Assembly: GCA_016839705.1 (NCBI GenBank)
Contig: JAEOTR010000057.1
Coordinates: 1 to 64,000 of the forward strand
From: Promethearchaeota archaeon
GTDB taxonomy: Archaea > Asgardarchaeota > Lokiarchaeia > Sigyniarchaeales > SOKP01
Length of the DNA stretch: 64,000 nt
Direction of reading: 5' to 3'
Made by a program: the position numbers and the translations under genes. The notes beneath the pieces are model-generated. The model had not been told where the DNA came from. It did not search any database and saw only the letters and a program-made list of their open reading frames with translations. This document shows, piece by piece, positions 38,281 through 48,329 of this stretch. Positions within the stretch are counted from its first letter, which is position 1. Each line of letters starts with the position of its first letter.

Positions 38281-38532
38281 TCAGTACCCGTCTGCCTCGC
38301 TTCCACTAAACAGGTCTTCGTAAGCTTTTCGATCTTCGTTTGAGATTCTTTCCCCTCTCAATCCTTCTTTTACTATAATCGGGGCTGCTTCCGTCTCATC
38401 ATGGGGAATTTTCTTTTGTATTTTATACTCCGTTTCCAATTCACCGAGTTCAAATTCTTCCTCACAGGCTTTACAGAACAATTTCTTGTTTTTAGGGATC
38501 AATATATTATCACAATTTGGGCAGAAACGCAA
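38281..38532 (-). CDS. TFS/RpoM-like protein with N-terminal zinc ribbon only
   Basis: RFCPNCDNIL...LFCKAC; probable TTG start at 38532 after GGTGAT; no C-terminal ribbon. Confidence 0.7.
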   Translation of the reverse strand: MRFCPNCDNILIPKNKKLFCKACEEEFELGELETEYKIQKKIPHDETEAAPIIVKEGLRGERISNEDRKAYEDLFSGSEADGY

Positions 38533-38905
38533 TGTTATCACCAAATTTTCGGTTTTAGTTTATAAACTTTTCGATTTTGTTATGTAGGCTATTTCTTTTC
38601 GATAACTACCAATATTAAAAAAGTATAACATTTATAAATTTAACGCATAACTTAAATTATTGTTACTGTATTACGTTTAAAAATTTTATGTTTAAATTAT
38701 TAATTTGTTATTATGAATGTGTGAAGGTAAATGAAGGATAAACTTCTCAAATCATATTACAACCAGATTTCTTATAAAATAATGGTTCTGGATTAACTAA
38801 AATATTCGTCTAGATAATTTAGTTTTACAAAAATCATATAAAAAAATGATCTAACATTATTTCTTTTAAGAATTTTTAATTCAATCTTAAGAAAATTAGG
38901 GATTT

Positions 38906-39646
38906 ATGATAAAGAAATACGAGAAAGCAAAAATCTTAACAATAGCTCATAGAGGAGCAAGCAGCATAGCACCAGAAAACACTTTAAAAGCATTCCAAAA
39001 AGCAATAGAATTAAAGGCGGATTATATAGAGTTTGACGTTCATCAATCTAAGGACGGAGAAATCGTTGTTATGCATGATGGTAATACTTTTAGAACCACG
39101 GGTCATTTTGGCATTATTAATAGAATGACTTTATCCGATTTAAAAAAGCTAGATTGCGGGGATGGAGAAAAAATCCCCACTATAGAGGAACTAATTGAGG
39201 TAACCAAGGGAAAGATTGGATTAAATTGTGAAATTAAAACAAGGGGGATTACCGAGAAAATCATAAAAATCCTCAAGGAATCTGAAATAGTCGAGACTAC
39301 AATAATTAGCTCATTCAAACATGATATACTATTGAAAATTCAGAAATCGGATTCAACTATTAAATTAGCATCCTTAGAACCTACCCGAACTGGATGGATA
39401 AATAGCTGGATGTCTAAGAAAAAGATGCTTAACGTTGCAATCAAAAATAATTTTTACGCGATTAATCCTTTCTATAAATTAGTAAATGAAAAGCTTGTAA
39501 ATAGAGCACATAAGAATGATATAAAAGTTTTTCCTTGGACTGTCGATTCAGAATCAACTATCAAGAAACTAATAAATGATGGTGTCGATGGAATTATTAC
39601 TAACAAAATTCCTAAAGTCCGAGAAGTACTGAATCAAATAAGTTGA
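38906..39646 (+). CDS. Glycerophosphodiester phosphodiesterase
   Basis: AHRGA, APENT, EFDV, HD, WTVD and DGIITN motifs. Confidence 0.93.
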   Translation: MIKKYEKAKILTIAHRGASSIAPENTLKAFQKAIELKADYIEFDVHQSKDGEIVVMHDGNTFRTTGHFGIINRMTLSDLKKLDCGDGEKIPTIEELIEVTKGKIGLNCEIKTRGITEKIIKILKESEIVETTIISSFKHDILLKIQKSDSTIKLASLEPTRTGWINSWMSKKKMLNVAIKNNFYAINPFYKLVNEKLVNRAHKNDIKVFPWTVDSESTIKKLINDGVDGIITNKIPKVREVLNQIS

Positions 39647-39655
39647 TAGAATGCA

Positions 39656-40372
39656 ATGAATAATACTAAAATTCTGATCGTAGGTCATAAAGGAGCTAAC
39701 TCCTTAGCTCCAGAGAATACTTTAAAGTCTTTTAGGAAAGCGATAGATTTAAAAGCAGATTTTATTGAATTTGACGTTCAATTGTCAAAAGATAATATAA
39801 TGGTTATGAACCATGATTTTAATACCTTCTCTACTACTGGTTATGATGGCCTGATTAGGGAGATGACCATTAAAGAGTTAAAGCAATTGGATTTTGGAGA
39901 GGGGGAAAAGATCGCAACTTTATCAGAATTAATAGAAATAGCTAAAAATAGGATAGGGTTAATATTTGATCTCAAAGCACCAGGACTCAACCAAAGATTG
40001 GTAGATGTTCTGAGGAATGAAAATTTAGGGAAACAATCAATTTTAAGTTCGTTTTCTTTTAACCAATTAATTAAGATTCAAAAAATAGATAGTAATCTTA
40101 AATTTGGGCTCCTTTTATCTGAAGAAATGAAAGTTAAGCAAATAATAATAAAAAGGATTCAGAAAGCAGTTAAGAATAATTTTTATTCAATTCACCTTCA
40201 TTTCAGCTTGATAGATCATCACCTTATTGAGTTTTGTCATGAAAACAATCTTAAAGTTTTTGGATGGACCGTAAATGATGAAAAGGACATGAAACAATTA
40301 ATTCAGATGGGGATAGATGGTATAATTACAGATGATATCCAACTCCTGAAAAAAGTGTTAAATAGAAGCTAG
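39656..40372 (+). CDS. Glycerophosphodiester phosphodiesterase (tandem paralog)
   Basis: GHKGA, APENT, EFDV, WTVN and DGIITD motifs. Confidence 0.9.
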   Translation: MNNTKILIVGHKGANSLAPENTLKSFRKAIDLKADFIEFDVQLSKDNIMVMNHDFNTFSTTGYDGLIREMTIKELKQLDFGEGEKIATLSELIEIAKNRIGLIFDLKAPGLNQRLVDVLRNENLGKQSILSSFSFNQLIKIQKIDSNLKFGLLLSEEMKVKQIIIKRIQKAVKNNFYSIHLHFSLIDHHLIEFCHENNLKVFGWTVNDEKDMKQLIQMGIDGIITDDIQLLKKVLNRS

Positions 40373-40432
40373 GTTAAGAGTCGATACCTCTTAATAAAAT
40401 ATTTTATTTGAGCTTTATTCCTCTATTGTGTC

Positions 40433-40609
40433 ATGCTCAAAATTAATGAAGGTTTTGAGGAGTATAAAAGTAGATATAAATTTAAGTTAAAGCTTTTAAA
40501 TCGTAATGTATCTGTTTTTGAGAGCTTAGATCTACTAGGTGTTGTTCTAGATGAAGTAAACAGTTATAGAGAATTCTTACAACTGCATGAGAAATATAAT
40601 ATAACTTAA
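40433..40609 (+). CDS. Small hypothetical ORF (58 aa) or gene remnant
   Basis: Below the track cutoff; MLKINEGFEEYKSRYKFKLKLLNRNVSVFESLDLLGVVLDEVNSYREFLQLHEKYNIT fills the intergenic gap. Confidence 0.35.
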   Translation: MLKINEGFEEYKSRYKFKLKLLNRNVSVFESLDLLGVVLDEVNSYREFLQLHEKYNIT

Positions 40610-40669
40610 TATTTCTCAGTGTATACATCTTTAACTATATAACATTCTTAAGTGAGAAAATTTTGTTTA

Positions 40670-41431
40670 TTATTTATGTTCAGCGTCAATCGGACGTCCA
40701 GGACTGCCTTGATAGTAAAATTTTCCTTCTTTTCCCCTCCAATTTTTATGCAATACGGTATTAGGATATATTACATTATTATTTGTTGTAACTGCGTTTG
40801 GTCCAACTATATTACCGGGGTATAAAGTAGTATTTTTTCCTAATTTGAGTTCCATCATCGTGATTTTCCCGAAAATTGTATTAACCGCATGACTCGACAA
40901 CCCACTAGAAGGATAGATAAAAACATTGTCTCCCAAATCAGTAAACTCTAATCCCACATAACTATCACAGTAAATGACATTTTTACCAATTTTATTATGG
41001 CTTATTCTTCGAAGAACTCTGTTAACAAGCCAAGGAAATGGTGATTTTGATGATAACCACATAGGAAACTTTATAATAAAGCCTCTCTTATGATAATATT
41101 TCATCAATTTTCCTTCAGGGCTTTTTATATTATCGAGAACTCTCGCAAAAACACCTTGCTGAGGAGGTGATTTCCTATTCCATCTTCTAGTCCAAAAAGC
41201 AGTAAATTCGATTAACAAAACTAAATATAAATAAAAGAGTCCCATTAAAAATCCAGGTAATAGAAGAATATGCACAAATCTTGGAATAGAGAAAAGATTA
41301 ATAAATAAGTATTCGAATACTAGAAAAAATCCCAAACACACATAAAACGGAACTAGAAAGCTAATGAAATTGATTTTAAAGAAGTCAAATGCTGGGAGTT
41401 CAACAGTTTTTTCTTCTTTTTCCTCATTCAT
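40670..41431 (-). CDS. Membrane protein with left-handed beta-helix (hexapeptide, acyltransferase-like) domain
   Basis: Two N-terminal TMs; KIGKNVIY, LGDNVFI, LGKNTTL repeats; terminal GSP. Confidence 0.65.
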   Translation of the reverse strand: MNEEKEEKTVELPAFDFFKINFISFLVPFYVCLGFFLVFEYLFINLFSIPRFVHILLLPGFLMGLFYLYLVLLIEFTAFWTRRWNRKSPPQQGVFARVLDNIKSPEGKLMKYYHKRGFIIKFPMWLSSKSPFPWLVNRVLRRISHNKIGKNVIYCDSYVGLEFTDLGDNVFIYPSSGLSSHAVNTIFGKITMMELKLGKNTTLYPGNIVGPNAVTTNNNVIYPNTVLHKNWRGKEGKFYYQGSPGRPIDAEHK

Positions 41432-41569
41432 TATATAGTATAATTGAGTAGGATATTTAAAAAATTAATTATGTGGTTAAACAGGGAGTTCCCAAGAAAA
41501 AACAAAAATTTTAAGCTCACAAATAATTTGAATTTGTATCATTTGTAGGGATTTATTAGAGATGATATA

Positions 41570-42799
41570 ATGCTAAATGACAATACTTCAAAAAATCGAA
41601 AGATCTTTAAATACCCTGCTTTATCCCCATTGTGGATTGCAGTCTTTATTGATATAATTGGTTTCTCAATGATTCTCCCAATGGGACCATTCATAGCAAA
41701 GCAATTTAACATTCATATTTTTATTATGGGATTAGTTTTTTCTGTAAATGCTGTTTTTTCATTTTTCTTTGGTCCAATTTTAGGAAAATTGAGTGATAAG
41801 TACGGAAGAAAACCTTTATTACTGATATCTCAATTTGGCACTTTTTTAGGATTCGTCTTATTTGCTTTCTCTAATTCAATCTGGATGATAATTATTTCTC
41901 GTATTATTGATGGAATTTTTGGAGGAAATTTTCCAATAGCTAAAGCAATTATAGGTGATGAAGTTCCCCCAAAAGAGAGAGGAATTCAAATGGCAAATAT
42001 TGGGGTTGCTCATGTCCTAGCTTCCCTTATCGGTCCAGCAATTGGAGGGACTCTTTTTAGTTTTGGAGGTGTTTTATTACCTGGTTTATTTGCAGCAGGG
42101 ATGTCTGTCTTTACTATGATTATAACCATCTTTATTTTAGAGGAAACCTGGTCAGAATCAAAACGTCAAGTACATCATGAAGCTCCTTTAAAAATCGATA
42201 TTAAAATTAGAAAAAACAAAAATGCAATGTTTATTTTAGCAGTATGGGGATTTCACACGGCTTCCTTCATGATTGTGATGTCTTCATTTTCTTTCTTTGC
42301 TGAAATTGTATTTGGAATTGAATCCTATGAAATAGGAATATTGTTAATGATTGCTGGGATTCTTAGAGCAATAGTAAGATTTACACTGTTTAAACCAACA
42401 ATAAAAAGATTAGGAGAAAGTAATGCTATTAAACTTGGCTTGGGGTTCTTCCTTGTAGCTTTTCTATTAATAGGATTTTCAATCAACATTATCATGCTTT
42501 TTGCATTGTTGTTAGTTATTAGTTTTGCAGCATCATTAACCCGTGGTCCGATGAATAGTAAAATAAGTCAATCAGTGTCACCACGAGAACAAGGTAAAAT
42601 TAATGGGTTGTCCTCAGGATTAGATAGTTTTGCCCAAATAATTGGACCCTTAACCGGAACTTTTATATTAGGTTTTTTTCAACCATTCTTTCTTAGTTTT
42701 GTTGTAGGTTCAATAGCATTAATTCCGTTCTTAATGGTTTTGAAAACTGTTAAATTTAAAAAATTTCAATCCATTAACTCTGAGCTAAGAGAAAAATAA
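41570..42799 (+). CDS. MFS transporter, TetA/DHA1-like
   Basis: GKLSDKYGRKP motif A, RIIDGIFGG, about 12 TM. Confidence 0.92.
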   Translation: MLNDNTSKNRKIFKYPALSPLWIAVFIDIIGFSMILPMGPFIAKQFNIHIFIMGLVFSVNAVFSFFFGPILGKLSDKYGRKPLLLISQFGTFLGFVLFAFSNSIWMIIISRIIDGIFGGNFPIAKAIIGDEVPPKERGIQMANIGVAHVLASLIGPAIGGTLFSFGGVLLPGLFAAGMSVFTMIITIFILEETWSESKRQVHHEAPLKIDIKIRKNKNAMFILAVWGFHTASFMIVMSSFSFFAEIVFGIESYEIGILLMIAGILRAIVRFTLFKPTIKRLGESNAIKLGLGFFLVAFLLIGFSINIIMLFALLLVISFAASLTRGPMNSKISQSVSPREQGKINGLSSGLDSFAQIIGPLTGTFILGFFQPFFLSFVVGSIALIPFLMVLKTVKFKKFQSINSELREK

Positions 42800-42851
42800 T
42801 TAAAAAAATATTTTTTATACGAGTTATTCTTACATGTTTTTTCTTCTAGTA

Positions 42852-43061
42852 TCATTCCAACGTTTCAATCTGCCTAAACTGTCTTTTTTCCATTAATGGA
42901 ATTATTTTCTTAAGTACCATTATAAATACCCCAAACGCAAGCGTTCTTGAGCCAATATCATATAATAGGAATTTAATTCCTAGTAAGAATACTCCTAATA
43001 CAGGGTCTATTGGTTGATCAAAACTGTCGAAAGTAGTACTATAACCATTTATCTTCCCCAT
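42852..43061 (-). pseudogene. Degenerate duplicate of the 3' end of the neighbouring MFS gene
   Basis: GKINGYSTTFDSFDQPIDPVLGVFLL...IIPLMEKRQF aligns with GKINGYTTTLDSLAQIIGPIFGTFLL...IIPLMQKKQF of 43118-44410. Confidence 0.8.
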
Positions 43062-43117
43062 CTTCGTTGTTGTTAATAATAGGGAAGGAGCTAGAAATAA
43101 TTATATTTATATTCTTC

Positions 43118-44410
43118 TTAAAGTTTCTCTTGTAATATTTCTTCTGGGTTAAATTGCTTTTTCTGCATTAAGGGTATAATGACTTTAAAATCCATTAAAA
43201 ATGCCCCAAGTGCAAGTATTGCCATAAAAGAACCAAAAAAAACAGGATTAAACCTTTCTAACAGAAATGTACCAAAAATTGGACCTATAATTTGGGCAAG
43301 ACTATCTAACGTTGTAGTATATCCATTGATTTTTCCTATTTCTTTTGGAGTAACAGATTGAGTTACCCTACTCATCAAAATTCCTCTTGAACAAGAGACA
43401 CCATAACTTGCGAATATCATTAGTATAATAAAAATCCATGGTTCAGGATAAATATTTGCAAATATACCTATACAGAAAAAAGTCACTACTAAAACTGATA
43501 ATCCTAAAATAGTCATGTTTCTTTCACCTAATTTCCTCATAGTAGGTTTAAATACAGAAAATCTTACTATAGCACGGGAAATTCCTGATATTGTTAATAA
43601 TAGACTTACTCCTAAAGTACCAAATCCGAGAATTAAAGAAATAAAAACAGCTAAGGTAGACACATATGTAATAAAAGAAAACGTATGTAAGGCGAATTGT
43701 GTTAATAAATATAGCACATCTTTATTTTTCCAGATTTGAATTTTAATTTTGATCTCTTTTTGTGCTTTTTCTCGCTTAAATTTAGGCCAAGTTTCTTCGA
43801 TAAATAAAAATGTTACTAGAATTGTTAAAAATGAAAACCCCGCAGCTACTAGACCAGAAAGTGCCATGGGATATGTGGGTCCAAAAATCTGAAATACGGA
43901 TAAAAATCCACCCAAGCCTGGAGCAACAAGTCCTGCAATTGTCATCACAACCCCCACGTTTGTCATTTGAATTCCTCTATCTCTTGGTGGGACTGCATCT
44001 GTAATGATTGCCTTTGTAAGTGGAAAATTTCCCCCAAAGATACCATCTACCATTCGTGCTATAAAAAACATTGGTAGTGAATTTGAAAAAGCCAAAATTA
44101 AAAATGCTGAGCACGTACCTGCTTCAGCAATTAAGAGCATTGGTCTTCTTCCATATTTATCACTTAACTTTCCCCAAATAGGGGCAGAAAAGAGCGAAAA
44201 TACGGCATTTGTCGCTAGGAGTAATCCAATTGTAACAGGAGTTGCATTGAAAATACTTATTAGAGAAGGTATATAAGGTAAAATTATATAGAAACCTAAG
44301 ACATCAATTAATAAACCGATCCATAGAGGTCTTAATATAGGATACTTTGTTTTCATTGCATCCTTAAACTGTTGTTGCTTTTCTCGTCGAGTAGGTGCTT
44401 GTTGATCCAT
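43118..44410 (-). CDS. MFS transporter, TetA/DHA1-like
   Basis: GKLSDKYGRRP and RMVDGIFGGNF motifs; paralog of 41570-42799. Confidence 0.92.
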   Translation of the reverse strand: MDQQAPTRREKQQQFKDAMKTKYPILRPLWIGLLIDVLGFYIILPYIPSLISIFNATPVTIGLLLATNAVFSLFSAPIWGKLSDKYGRRPMLLIAEAGTCSAFLILAFSNSLPMFFIARMVDGIFGGNFPLTKAIITDAVPPRDRGIQMTNVGVVMTIAGLVAPGLGGFLSVFQIFGPTYPMALSGLVAAGFSFLTILVTFLFIEETWPKFKREKAQKEIKIKIQIWKNKDVLYLLTQFALHTFSFITYVSTLAVFISLILGFGTLGVSLLLTISGISRAIVRFSVFKPTMRKLGERNMTILGLSVLVVTFFCIGIFANIYPEPWIFIILMIFASYGVSCSRGILMSRVTQSVTPKEIGKINGYTTTLDSLAQIIGPIFGTFLLERFNPVFFGSFMAILALGAFLMDFKVIIPLMQKKQFNPEEILQEKL

Positions 44411-44546
44411 ATTCTAATCAAATTCTTTTTAATTTAAATCAAAAAATAAAGAATTACATTTAAAATTTCTAATAATAAAAAAAAGAGTATTCCTCCTTGA
44501 AGAGACCAATATTTTTTTTTGGAATCCCAACCAATAATTCAAAAAA

Positions 44547-45383
44547 TTATGTTTTTAAAAAATCCAATAATATCTGATTGACTTCAAGTGTTTTTTCCAA
44601 TGGTAAATTATGACGTGCATCCTTTATGACCTTAAGAGTACTGTTAGAGATTCTTTCATGCATATTTTGATTTACTGAAACTGGTGCGATTCGATCTTTT
44701 TCTCCACAGAGTAGAAGTGTTTCACTTTTAATTTCATGAAGTCTATCAAAAGTGTTATGGCCTTTCACCGCATTAGCTGCGTTTTCATTATCTTGGATGG
44801 AATATGGATTTTTTAGCTCTCTCTCGATTAATTCCTCTACAGACCATAAGCCAAAGAATTTTTTCTTAGGATCTTCTGCCATCTTTTTCCAAAATTCTCG
44901 AGAGAAACTAGCTTTTGCAGATTTTAAAAAGGTGTTTAGAGGATCCTTTTTTAAATCTTGAAAATAAGTGTTTTTCCCGTTTTTATACATTTCTGGACCT
45001 TGTTCGTTAGGAAATCCTGGCCATGTGTTTATTAATACTAATTTATTTACCCTTTCAGGATATTTTAATACATAATTCAATACTATCATTCCGCCCAAAG
45101 ACGATCCTACCACATGAGTCTTCTCGAATTTTAGATAATCTAACAATCCATTAATGTCTTCAGCATACATATCCATGGTATAAGGTATATTTGGATGATC
45201 AGATTTACCTGCACCCCTATTGTCGATTATTATAACTTTAAAATGTTCTGATAAGGCACCAACATGAATTAACCATCCTTCTTTAGTACCTCCCCAGCCA
45301 TGAATTAAAATTACAGGTTCTCCTTCTCCATGTATCTCATAACATAACTTTATTCCATTAACTTCAGCAAATAACTCTGTCAT
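44547..45383 (-). CDS. Alpha/beta hydrolase
   Basis: HGWG, DNRGAGKS, GSSLGG nucleophile elbow, catalytic D and H. Confidence 0.92.
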   Translation of the reverse strand: MTELFAEVNGIKLCYEIHGEGEPVILIHGWGGTKEGWLIHVGALSEHFKVIIIDNRGAGKSDHPNIPYTMDMYAEDINGLLDYLKFEKTHVVGSSLGGMIVLNYVLKYPERVNKLVLINTWPGFPNEQGPEMYKNGKNTYFQDLKKDPLNTFLKSAKASFSREFWKKMAEDPKKKFFGLWSVEELIERELKNPYSIQDNENAANAVKGHNTFDRLHEIKSETLLLCGEKDRIAPVSVNQNMHERISNSTLKVIKDARHNLPLEKTLEVNQILLDFLKT

Positions 45384-45423
45384 TTAAATCAAGTTAATTG
45401 ATTAATAATTATTATACTATTAT

Positions 45424-46281
45424 TCATGATTTTAAAAATTTTATAATATATTGGTTAATTATCTGGGGATATTCTAATATTGATTGATGACCAGCATCCG
45501 GAATAACAATAAAATGACTATTTGGAATTAAATTTTGCATTTTTTCAACCATTATCTTAGGACATGTCTTATCTTTATCCGCTGCGAGTATCAACACTTC
45601 GTTTTTAATTTCATGTAATCTCTCATATATGTTATGCGTTTTTAGTGCTTCTACTTGGTTTATGATATCTTTTTCTGTCGGACCATATTCCATTTTTTCT
45701 TTAACTAGATCCTCAACTGACCATATACCGTGAAATTTTTTCTTCGGATTTTGAGCCATTTCTTTCCAAAAATTACGCGAATAACTTTTTTTAGCCCCAG
45801 CTATGAAGTTGTTAATAGGATCCTTTCTCATCTCATTTAAAGAGGTTATCTTGCTTTCTTTATAATATTGAATTCCTTTATCGCTTGGAACACCGGAAGG
45901 TGTAATTCCTGCAATGGTATTTATCAAAACAATTTTATCAACATAAAAGGGATATTTTAAGACAAAATTCTGTACAATCATACCTCCCAAACTATGCCCG
46001 ATAATGTGTGTCTTCTGGATTTTAAGTAAATCTAAAAGAGCTTTAATATCATCAGCGTATATTTCCATACTATATAGTCCATTAGGTCTCGCAGATTTTC
46101 CCGCTCCTCTATTATCCATTCCAATTACTCTGAAATACAGAGATAGATCCCCAATTTGAGCCAGCCAATGTTCCTTTCTATTTCCAAAGCCATGTATTAA
46201 TAAAATGGGACTTTTTTCTTCACTACCATGAATTTCGTAGCAAATTTTTATCCCATTCACGTTAACAAATAATTCCGTCAT
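45424..46281 (-). CDS. Alpha/beta hydrolase
   Basis: HGFG, GHSLGG and AGH motifs; start set at MTELF (46281) by alignment with the paralogs. Confidence 0.92.
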   Translation of the reverse strand: MTELFVNVNGIKICYEIHGSEEKSPILLIHGFGNRKEHWLAQIGDLSLYFRVIGMDNRGAGKSARPNGLYSMEIYADDIKALLDLLKIQKTHIIGHSLGGMIVQNFVLKYPFYVDKIVLINTIAGITPSGVPSDKGIQYYKESKITSLNEMRKDPINNFIAGAKKSYSRNFWKEMAQNPKKKFHGIWSVEDLVKEKMEYGPTEKDIINQVEALKTHNIYERLHEIKNEVLILAADKDKTCPKIMVEKMQNLIPNSHFIVIPDAGHQSILEYPQIINQYIIKFLKS

Positions 46282-46321
46282 GATACTTCTTAATGATTTT
46301 TTTTTCAAGAAATTTTCATAC

Positions 46322-47155
46322 TCATTTAAGAAACTCGATAATAGATTTATTAACTTCTGGTGCATTAGATTTGTGAGATTCGTGCCCTGCTTTTTCTATT
46401 ACTTTTAAAGTACTATTTGGTATTAAATTGTGAATCTCCATCATTCTTTCTTTTGGTACAAGTACATCATGCGAAGCCGTGAGTAGTAGCGTCTCTTGCT
46501 TAATTTTGTGCAAATTATTAAAACTATTATGGGTTTTAAAAGAGTAGGATATATTTCGAATATCCTGTGCAGTAGGTGGATCTCTAGTATAATAATCAAT
46601 AAGGTCTTCAGCAGACCATAATCCAAAAAATTTTTCCTTGGGATTATCCAGCATTCTTTCCCGAAATTTATGATAAAATCCAAACTTTGTGCTATCCCAA
46701 AATGCTTTAACTGGATCTTTTTTTCTTACTTCCAATCCTTTAATTCTCATTTGAATATATGGTTCAGGATCATATTGCTCAGGAATTTTTGGCAATGAAT
46801 TTATGAGAACAAGTTTATTCACACTCTCAGGATACTTCACTACAAAATTTTGGGCAATCATCCCTCCAAATGAATGAGCTATTAAATTTATTTTCTGTAT
46901 TGATAAGTAATCCATCAATCCCTTCACATCATCAGCAAGCATTTCCATAGTGTAATGGTAGTTAGGTCTTGAACTTTTTCCTGCCCCTCTCATGTCGATA
47001 CTAATAATCCTAAAATGTTTAGATAATTCGGGGATTTGAGCCATAAATCCTTCCTTTTTTGAACCAAAACCGTGAAGAAGGAATGTCGGAAATCCTTCTC
47101 CTTGACTTTTATAGCAAATTTTTATGCCATGTACATCCGCAAAAGCTTCAACCAT
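46322..47155 (-). CDS. Alpha/beta hydrolase
   Basis: HGFG, AHSFGG and AGH motifs. Confidence 0.92.
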   Translation of the reverse strand: MVEAFADVHGIKICYKSQGEGFPTFLLHGFGSKKEGFMAQIPELSKHFRIISIDMRGAGKSSRPNYHYTMEMLADDVKGLMDYLSIQKINLIAHSFGGMIAQNFVVKYPESVNKLVLINSLPKIPEQYDPEPYIQMRIKGLEVRKKDPVKAFWDSTKFGFYHKFRERMLDNPKEKFFGLWSAEDLIDYYTRDPPTAQDIRNISYSFKTHNSFNNLHKIKQETLLLTASHDVLVPKERMMEIHNLIPNSTLKVIEKAGHESHKSNAPEVNKSIIEFLK

Positions 47156-47358
47156 AAATAGTAATAGGTAGCTTAATTTTTAAGAAAATATATTATTAAT
47201 TGGTTTGCTTCAGGAACCTTTTCTAACGGAAGAGATAATTTAAACAGGTTTTTTAGTTATTTTAGGGGGCCCTAAGCTTAAGGAATTTAAAATTTTCAAT
47301 AATTTTTGAATATTCGTTCCCATAAATCAAATGAGGCATTTCTCCTAATTTATTTTTA

Positions 47359-47693
47359 TCATTTGTTCGAAGCATCTGCCTCAAATATTAAATCAAGGAT
47401 TTCTTCATATTGCCCACTTAGAATTATTTCCATTTTCTCTTCTTTTTGAGACATTAAGTTATTTTCAAATAATTCTTTACGAGTTGGCTTAGGTTTGTTT
47501 GGTTGATGAGTGATATTTTGCTTCAAATAAGGTGAATTTTTTAAAATTGTAAGATTATTCAATGGTTTCTTTGTTGACTTTTTTTAGCAGGCTTCTTAGG
47601 TGCAGTCTTGGTTGTTGCTATAGCTTTCTGTACTGGTTTTTTAGAAGCAAATTTTGATGTTGCTGTCTTATTTATTGATGGTTTTTTCGCTAT
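47359..47693 (-). pseudogene. Frameshifted gene with Lys/Ala/Pro-rich (H1-tail-like) N-terminus
   Basis: Frame 47693-47559 (ATA first codon) reads AKKPSINKTATSKFASKKPVQKAIATTKTAPKKPAKK; one extra A in the A7 run at 47579-47585 joins it to ORF 47359-47562. Confidence 0.55.
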
Positions 47694-47866
47694 TTTTTAA
47701 ACCTATAAAAAATGTAGTTTGAATTTTTGACCTTGTTATAATATTTTCAAAATGATATTTAAAAACTACATCCTAAATGAATTAGTAAACTGTTTTAACA
47801 TAGATTTTTATATTGAATTTCCTTATTTTTAATAACTTCAATACAAAAATCTGAGGTTTTGAGAAT

Positions 47867-48241
47867 ATGGTTCGAACTGCGAGAGAGCATCGTTTGTCAT
47901 GCTATGGTGTAATAATAACTATCGTTGTTGCATTAATTTTATATTTAATTTTTGGTCCAAATTTCTTTATGAATCCTTTTATTGTATTCTCTTTCATAGC
48001 ATTCGTAATAATTCTTAATTGTTGGTTATTTGGCCAAATCCGAGCATTCAAGGAATGGTTAAGGAGCAAAAAAAAAATGAAGACTTATCAATATATCAAG
48101 AAGGCACCTGCAGCTGAGAGTTTAGAGACTTCTGAAACATTTGAGTTAGAAGATAATATAACATGTCCTTATTGTGGAGTAGTACAAGAAAAAGGCACCA
48201 CTTTTTGTACTAAATGTGGCCAAAAAATAGAAAATCTCTGA
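47867..48241 (+). CDS. Membrane protein with C-terminal zinc ribbon
   Basis: Two TMs; CPYCG...FCTKCG. Confidence 0.8.
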   Translation: MVRTAREHRLSCYGVIITIVVALILYLIFGPNFFMNPFIVFSFIAFVIILNCWLFGQIRAFKEWLRSKKKMKTYQYIKKAPAAESLETSETFELEDNITCPYCGVVQEKGTTFCTKCGQKIENL

Positions 48242-48329
48242 AAGAATATTTAGCAAGCAAACTTATTCATCTATTTTTTTATTTTGAATAAAAAGAAAAA
48301 AATTAATTTTTTTGATAAAATTTTAATTT

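Noticed and set aside
47262-47275. TTAGGG-GG-CCCTAA palindrome resembling a telomere repeat
   Set aside because: Single copy with 6-bp arms; could be chance or at most an operator.
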